Made by a program: the position numbers and the translations under genes
Shown here: piece after piece, positions 58,001 through 64,000 of the stretch
Layout: the number at the start of each line of letters is the position of its first letter
How positions within the stretch are numbered: the stretch's first letter is position 1
DNA from: Heteronotia binoei
Taxonomy: Eukaryota
Assembly: GCF_032191835.1 (NCBI RefSeq)
Contig: NC_083242.1
Coordinates: forward strand, 38,688,001 to 38,752,000
Length of the DNA stretch: 64,000 nucleotides
Reading direction: 5' to 3'
Notes under the pieces: model-generated
Told to the model about the DNA's origin: nothing
Database searches by the model: none
The model's input: the letters and a program-made list of their open reading frames with translations, nothing else

Positions 58001-61000
58001 TGTGATGGCACATGGGGGGGAGGGCTCACCCTGCCTCCTTCAAACAGTAAAGAGTTCAGCAGCACCTTTAAAACTCACAAGTGTGATTGTAGCATAAACT
58101 TTGCAGAAACACAGCCCTCTTCGTCAAATGCGTGGAGTATGTAGAAACTAGCCAGAAAGATATAGAATGGGGAGCTATGCTAGGAAAGATATGGAAAGGG
58201 GAGGGGGGGAGTGGATGCTGGAAGTGAGCACCGTGTACATGCAAAGCAGTTGCAAAAGTCATGAAAAAGGTAGAATGTGCAACCCAGGCTAAGTGTGACC
58301 ACTTCCTTCTGCTGATGAATCCGAATGGAATGACACGGCTAAGCCCTCTGGGTGCTGCTGGAGAGGCTTTTTTCTTCCCTCCTCCTGCCTGCCTGGCTGC
58401 CTTGACCAGGGCTAGGCAACTTGCCAGGTGAGGGACCAGCAAGGGCTAAGTCCCCCTTCTGGGTTGGCCCAGCCCAGCCTCCCGCCTCATTGCAGCTCCA
58501 GCAAGACTCACCTCCTGTCCTGCTGCAGCAAAGACCAGGAGGTCTGACACCCCATCCCCGTTGACATCCGGGATTAGCAGCAAGGGGCTGAGCAGTGTGG
58601 AGTTTGAGGGTAGGTTGGCCGTCACCCTCCATACGGTCTTGCCTGCAGAGACAACAGAGGAAGCAACACCAGTTTAGAAAACTCCCGTGAAGGAGAAAGT
58701 GGGCTCCATTCTGAGGAGGGAACATGCTCCGATGCCCACCCTTGGCAGCCCGTGCCATGGCAACCAACTTATTGCACTGGGTAAGAGGCCATTCTGATGC
58801 TGTTTGTACCCAAACTGTGTGCTAAGTGCACCCAGGGCTCACGTGGGGTGGGGGTCCTGCCACTGGAGATTTTGTGCCGGCGTCCCCTCCCCAGCAGCTG
58901 CTCTGCTGCTTCTTGATTTAGGGATATTTTCATGCTTTCTGCTTTGCTTGTAGGAATGGGTGGGATGGTGATCACAGAGCTGGCCATTATGGCATCAGCC
59001 TGCCCATAAAATAAGCCCTAACCCAGACAGAGAGACAACGGCTGGGCCTGTCAGTCACAGCCAGACTGCATCTGGTGCAGCCTGCCACTTGGTGGGGGCA
59101 CTGGGCTGGCTGCTGAGGAAAGCAAAATGCTGGCTCCAAAGAACTTGCTGCTTTTCCCCAGTGAGAAGGAGCCGTTTCCGAAGAAGTACACTTCTGGTCC
59201 CTGGATCTCCTCCACAAGGACAGGGCAGAGCTGGTAAAAGTGCAGAGGGTGATTAGGGGGCTGGAGCACCTTCTCTGTGAGGAGAGGCTCAAGAGTCTGC
59301 TGGGAAAGAGATCACGGGGGTGGTGGTGGTGGCATGATGTAGGTTTATCAAATTATGCATGGGGAGGAGAGAGGCATCAGAGAAATTTTTCTCTCTCCCC
59401 CCAAATTTATTTATTTCTGGAAATTTATAGTCCGTCCTTTCCCATAATGGTCTCGGGGTGGATTCAAACACGTTAAAACAATTAAAAACCAGCAATACAA
59501 CAATCAATAAATAAACAATAGAACACATGAACAATTAAAACAAATTAAATTAAAACAGTTAAGCCATTAGCTCAGAATTAACTTAAGGCAGCACGGATAG
59601 TGTGGACACATAAATTCACAGCTTAGGTGTGAATTAGCTTGAACTCAAGGACATCTAATGAAACGGATGGGCCGTAGGCCCAGGACAGCCAAAAGGAAAT
59701 ACTAATTAACACAGAGAGTGATTACAATGTGGACCATGGCCAGAGAATGTTATGATAGCCACAGGAATAAACAACTTTCAGAGATTAGATAGATTTATGG
59801 AGTTTGTCTATCAATAGCTACTAGCCATGGTGACTGAGGGGAACCTCCACATTCAGAGGAATGAAGCATCTGAATCCAAGAGCCAGGAGGCTAAATCAGG
59901 GGAAGGCCTCAGCCTCTGTGCCCTCTTGTTGGCCCTCCAGAGGAACTGGTTGGCTGCTGTGTGAGACAGGAGGCTGGACAGATGGACCCTCCCTGGTCTG
60001 ACCCAGCAGGGCTCTTCTGATGTTCTTCTCAGGAGAAGGCCTCGGCCTCTCTGCTCTGTTGTTGGCTCTCCAGAGGAAATGGCTGGCCATTGTGTGAGGC
60101 TGGACTAGATGGACTCTCCCTGGCCTGATCCAGCAGGGCTCTTCTGATGTTCTTATGAAGGCCTCGGCCTCTGTGCGCCTGTTGTTGCCTCTCCAGAATA
60201 ACTGGCTGGCTGCTGTATGAAATGGGATGCTGGACTAGAGAGACCCTCTCTGGTCTGGTCCAGCAGTGAAAGAGCCCCCTTCAGGCTTGGAGAGCTCACA
60301 TTCCAAAGAGATCATTGACCCCTCCTTTGGCATACAAACCAGGATTAGCATTGTCAGCCTTTTTCAGCCAGTACTGAGGATAGTTTCCCAAAACTGAAGA
60401 CTGTCCTAAACGACAGAGCTATTTGCCAGAGATTAAATTGGCCAATTAATTGAAGAACACACAAATGCTTCAGTTAGTTATAAGTAGCGAGGCAGAGAGT
60501 TCCTATGATAGGTGGTTTTTTCTAACCACCAGTCCTGCGGAGGATGCTGTTAATGTGCAATGAGTGATTTTTCCCCCCTGCAAGGAGGTTTCTGTCTGCT
60601 CTCTGCTGGCATGCCTGAGCCTTGGCCTGGGATCCCCAAGCATTAGATGAAGGGCAGCCAGACATCAGTGCCTCTTTGCATACCTGTCTTCAAGTCAATG
60701 GTTGCCAGAGAGGCTGGCTTCCCAGCAACAAGGCAGCCTTGGGAATCGCCATACTCAAAGGAGCAGTCCATGAACTGGAGGTCTTCAGCCACAGGCGCCT
60801 CCCAGAGCGTGCTGCCGTTGGTGCCTGAAACAGCTGCGATGAAGGCACAGGGAGATGGGAAGCCTGGGGAAAGAGGAGGACTCTTTGCTTAGTTTAGGAC
60901 GGCTTTGCTTAGCTTAGGAGTGCAGCAACACTCTTTGCTTAGCTTAGGACGGTCTCTGCTTCACACCCTGCCTCCCCCAGTCCCCTTACCTTCTGCAGAG

Positions 61001-61529
61001 CAGGACCTGTTTGTGCTGCTGTTGTGAGTGCCATCGGAAGCTCTGAAGGCGAAGAGGATGTCCTGCACTCGGTCCTGGTCGACATCCTGCACTTCCAGGT
61101 GTTTGTAGGCTGCTGCAAAGAGAGCCAAGAAGGGCTCAGCCCGGGCCAGAGGAGAAGTCCTGCTCCTTGCGGGGCTGGCTGCTTGTCTGCTGTCAGACTG
61201 CTCATGACACGCAGGGCCAGGGGAGTGGCCTCGTGGTGCCCAGCCAATGGAGGCTGCCAGCTGCGAGACCCCCGCCCGCCCCCTCGCCCCCCCACCCACC
61301 CACCGGCGCCGGCGAAGGGCGCGCTCCAGGCCCTCTGGGACACGGGCCGCACCGGGCAGGGGATGACGAAGGAGAAGGCGAAGACGACGGCCAGGCAGAG
61401 GAAGAGCGAGAGGAAGAAGGCGCCCGTGCGCCACCGCCCCGCCCCGCCGCCCTGGCCCGCCGCCGCCGCCTCCTGCTTCCCCTTCAGCGGGCGGACCTCG
61501 GCCTCCGCGCCCTTCTCCTCCTCCGCCAT
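52067..61529 (-). CDS. FAM234A: FAM234A (ITFG3), type II membrane beta-propeller protein
   Basis: Minus-strand exons 61529-61304, 61112-60990, 60863-60684, 58642-58512, 57697-57565, 57475-57334, 56955-56812, 53276-53201, 53044-52892, 52459-52357 and 52278-52067 splice in frame. Motifs RTGAFFLSLFLCLAVVFAFSFVIPCPVRP, LLIPDVNGDGVSDLL, TADHRSFFLFWG, VLFERSRHACYVLLTGP, RDRFLRMRY. Confidence 0.94.
53890..55170 (-). repeat. Tandem array of about 20 CR1-terminus-derived units (about 57-67 bp) with a 441-bp higher-order duplication
   Basis: Unit agagaagccatgttggatcaggccagtggcccatccagtccaacactctgtgtcacata. Identical ORFs at 54126/54567 and near-identical ORFs at 54319/54760 are both offset by 441 bp. 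Confidence 0.93.
55670..56600 (+). repeat. About 7 tandem ~132-bp units from the 3' end of another CR1-type family
   Basis: gggaaggcct..gttgttggccctccagaggaactggctggcc..ggtctgatccagcagggctcttctgatgttcttctca recurs; the same unit appears at 59850-60270. Confidence 0.85.
59850..60270 (+). repeat. About 3 tandem copies of the same ~132-bp CR1-type terminal unit
   Basis: Direct similarity to 55670-56600. Confidence 0.78.
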
Positions 61530-61624
61530 GCCGGCCGGGCCGCTCAGGCCCCTCGCCAGCAGCACGCATGCGCGGGCGGGGAGGTCGCGCCGCTGACGTC
61601 AGAGCGCGGGCGACGGCGGCCAAG
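61530..61624. promoter_or_regulatory. Very short bidirectional promoter region between FAM234A and the TRAP1-like gene
   Basis: 95 bp between opposing ATGs. Perfect CRE palindrome TGACGTCA at 61594-61601, NRF1-like acgcatgcgcg at about 61564-61574, GC box gggcgggg. Confidence 0.6.
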
Positions 61625-61868
61625 ATGGCGGCGGCGGGGCTGAGGGGCGGCCGGGGACTCCTGCGGTGGGTGCGCGCCGGGCTCGGGGGGCCGCCAGCGA
61701 CTCTGGGAAGGCCGGCGGGGGGAAGGAGGAGGAGGCCGGCGGACGAGGAGGCGCCGCGCCCCCCGGCCCTGCACTGGCCCCCCGCCCTGCGCCGCTTCAC
61801 CACGAGGGCAGCCGAGAGCGGCCACGCCGAGGAAGCAGCAGGAACGGGCCACACGGAGAGCGTCCGAG
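61625..61868 (+). CDS. TRAP1: First coding exon of a mitochondrial-targeted protein, probably TRAP1 (mitochondrial HSP90); continues beyond the window
   Basis: Kozak aagATGG; Arg/Gly/Leu-rich presequence MAAAGLRGGRGLLRWVRAG. Ends RRFTTRAAE..HTESVRG at a phase-1 donor (G|GTCAGA), resembling recalled human TRAP1 RLFSTQTAE..STESVQG. No HSP90 domain lies in the window, so the call is tentative. Confidence 0.55.
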
Positions 61869-61874
61869 GTCAGA

Positions 61875-63595
61875 GGTTCGATTCCCCCCTCCTCCACCTG
61901 CACCTGCTGGAATGGCCTTGGGTCAGCCAGAGCTCTCTTATCTGGGAGAACCGGGTTCGATTCCCCACTCCTCCACTTGCACCTGCTGGAATGGCCTTGG
62001 GTCAGCCAGAGCTCTCTTATCTGGGAGAACCGGGTTTGATTCCCCTCTCCTCCACTTGCAGCTGCTGGAATGGCCTTGGGTCAGCCAGAGCTCTCTTATC
62101 TGGGAGAACCGGGTTTGATTCCCCCCTCCTCCACTTGCACCTGCTGGAATGGCCTTGGGTCAGCCAGAGCTCTCTTATCTGGGAGAACCAGGTTTGATTC
62201 CCCACTCCTTCACTTGCAGCTGCTGGAATGGCCTTGGGTCAGCCAGAGCTCTCTTATCTGGGAGAACCGGGTTTGATCCCCCACTCCTCCACCTGCAGCT
62301 GCTGGAATGGCCTTGGGTCAGCCAGAGCTCTCTTATCTGGGAGAACCAGGTTTGATTCCCCACTCCTCCACCTGCAGCTGCTGGAATGGCCTTGGGTCAG
62401 CCAGAGCTCTCTTATCTGGGAGAACCAGGTTTGATTCCCCACTCCTTCACTTGCAGCTGCTGGAATGGCCTTGGGTCAGCCAGAGCTCTCTTATCTGGGA
62501 GAACCGGGTCTGATTCCCCCACTCCTTCACTTGCAGCTGCTGGAATGGCCTTGGGTCAGCCAGAGCTGTCTTATCTGGGAGAATGGGGTTTGATTCCCCA
62601 CTCCTCCACTTGCACCTGCTGCAATGGCCTTGGGTCAGCCAGAGCTCTCCTATCTGGGAGAACCGGGTTCGATTCCCCCCTCCTCCACCTGCACCTGCTG
62701 GAATGGCCTTGGGTCAGCCAGAGCTCTCTTATCTGGGAGAACCGGGTTGGATTCCCCACTCCTCCACTTGCAGCTGCTGGAAGGGCCTTGGGTCAGCCAC
62801 AGCTCTCTTATCTGGGAGAACCGGGTTGGATTCCCCACTCCTCCACTTGCAGCTGCTGGAAGGGCCTTGGGTCAGCCACAGCTCTCTTATCTGGGAGAAC
62901 CGGGTTGGATTCCCCACTCCTCCACTTGCAGCTGCTGGAATGGTCTTCGGTCAGCCAGAGCTCTCTTATCTGGGAGAACCGGGTTGGATTCCCCACTCCT
63001 CCACTTGCAGCTGCTGGAAGGGCCTTGGGTCAGCCACAGCTCTCTTATCTGGGAGAACCGGGTTGGATTCCCCACTCCTCCACTTGCAGCTGCTGGAATG
63101 GTCTTCGGTCAGCCAGAGCTCTCTTATCTGGGAGAACCGGGTTGGATTCCCCACTCCTCCACTTGCAGCTGCTGGAAGGGCCTTGGGTCAGCCACAGCTC
63201 TCTTATCTGGGAGAACCGGGTTCGATTCCCCACTCCTCCACTTGCAGCTGCTGGAATGGTCTTCGGTCAGCCAGAGCTCTCTTATCTGGGAGAACCGGGT
63301 TGGATTCCCCACTCCTCCCCTTGCAGCTGCTGGAATGGCCTAGGGTCAGCCAGAGCTCTCTTATCTGGGAGAACCAGGTTTGATTCCCCACTCCTCCCCT
63401 TGCACCTGCTGGAATGGCCTTGGGTCAGCCAGAGCCCTCTTATCTGGGAGAACTGGGTTTGATTCCCCAATCCTCCACTTGCAGCTGCTGGAATGGCCTT
63501 GGGTCAGCCAGAGCTCTCTTATCTGGGAGAACCGGGTTTGATTCCCCAATCCTCCACTTGCACCTGCTGGCATGGCCTTGGGTCAGCCAGAGCTC
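61875..63595 (+). repeat. About 22 x 79-bp tandem array derived from the B-box segment of a tRNA-SINE; SINE 3' body follows to about 63810
   Basis: Unit ggtttgattccccactcctccacttgcagctgctggaatggccttgggtcagccagagctctcttatctgggagaaccg; ORF-track entries recur every 79 bp. Confidence 0.94.
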
Positions 63596-64000
63596 TGGCA
63601 GAGGTTGTCCTTGAAAGGGCAGCTGCTGTGAGAGCCCTCTCCAGCCCCACCCACCTCACAGGGTGTCTGTTGTGGGGGAGGAAGGAAAAGGAGATTGTGA
63701 GTCGCTCTGAGACTCTTCGGAGTGGAGGGCGGGATATAAATCCAATATCTTCATCTACCTCACAGGGTGTCTGTTGTGTGGGAGGAAGGTAAAGGAGATT
63801 GTGAGCCACTCTGAGATTCTTCTCTCCCCCTGCCCCCGCTGTTTACTCTGGGCTGCGGAACAGCGAGGCTCAGGGTGCTGCCGCCATGCATTAAGTCCAT
63901 CTTAGATGCAAGAATTAATCTAGTTCAGCTGCGGTGAACCTTCTCATTGTTCCACTGCCTCATGGGGGGGGGGGGGCAAGAGACAGGAGCGCCAGCCCAG

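Noticed and set aside
62386-63462. Long ORFs (358, 266 and 239 aa) with repeating MALGQPELSYLGEPG
   Set aside because: Artefact of the 79-bp array: the unit length shifts frame each copy and lacks stops on this strand. It is SINE-derived and intronic.

Overview
GC-rich, intron-dense vertebrate genomic DNA, most likely a squamate (probably a gecko, judged from its CR1/L2 LINE and Squam-type SINE content). It is the region syntenic to human 16p13.3. Gene order: PGAP6/TMEM8A 3' end (+), MRPL28 (+), AXIN1 (+), an EHMT1/EHMT2 (GLP/G9a)-like ankyrin/pre-SET/SET/post-SET gene (+), RGS11 (+), FAM234A (-) and the first exon of a probable TRAP1 (+). The main finding is the EHMT-like gene, which no single ORF in the track reveals. 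I assembled it by hand from 11 GT-AG exons (42088-45869; 1443 nt, 480 codons plus stop, no frameshift). It sits where PDIA2 and ARHGDIG lie in human. It keeps the catalytic and zinc-binding residues, but two of the three methyl-lysine cage tryptophans are arginine, the acidic H3-binding residues are lost, and the long EHMT N-terminus appears absent. The window also carries several tandem arrays built from SINE or CR1 3'-end fragments, some with higher-order periodicity. All homology calls rest on my recall of the reference proteins; no database search was run.
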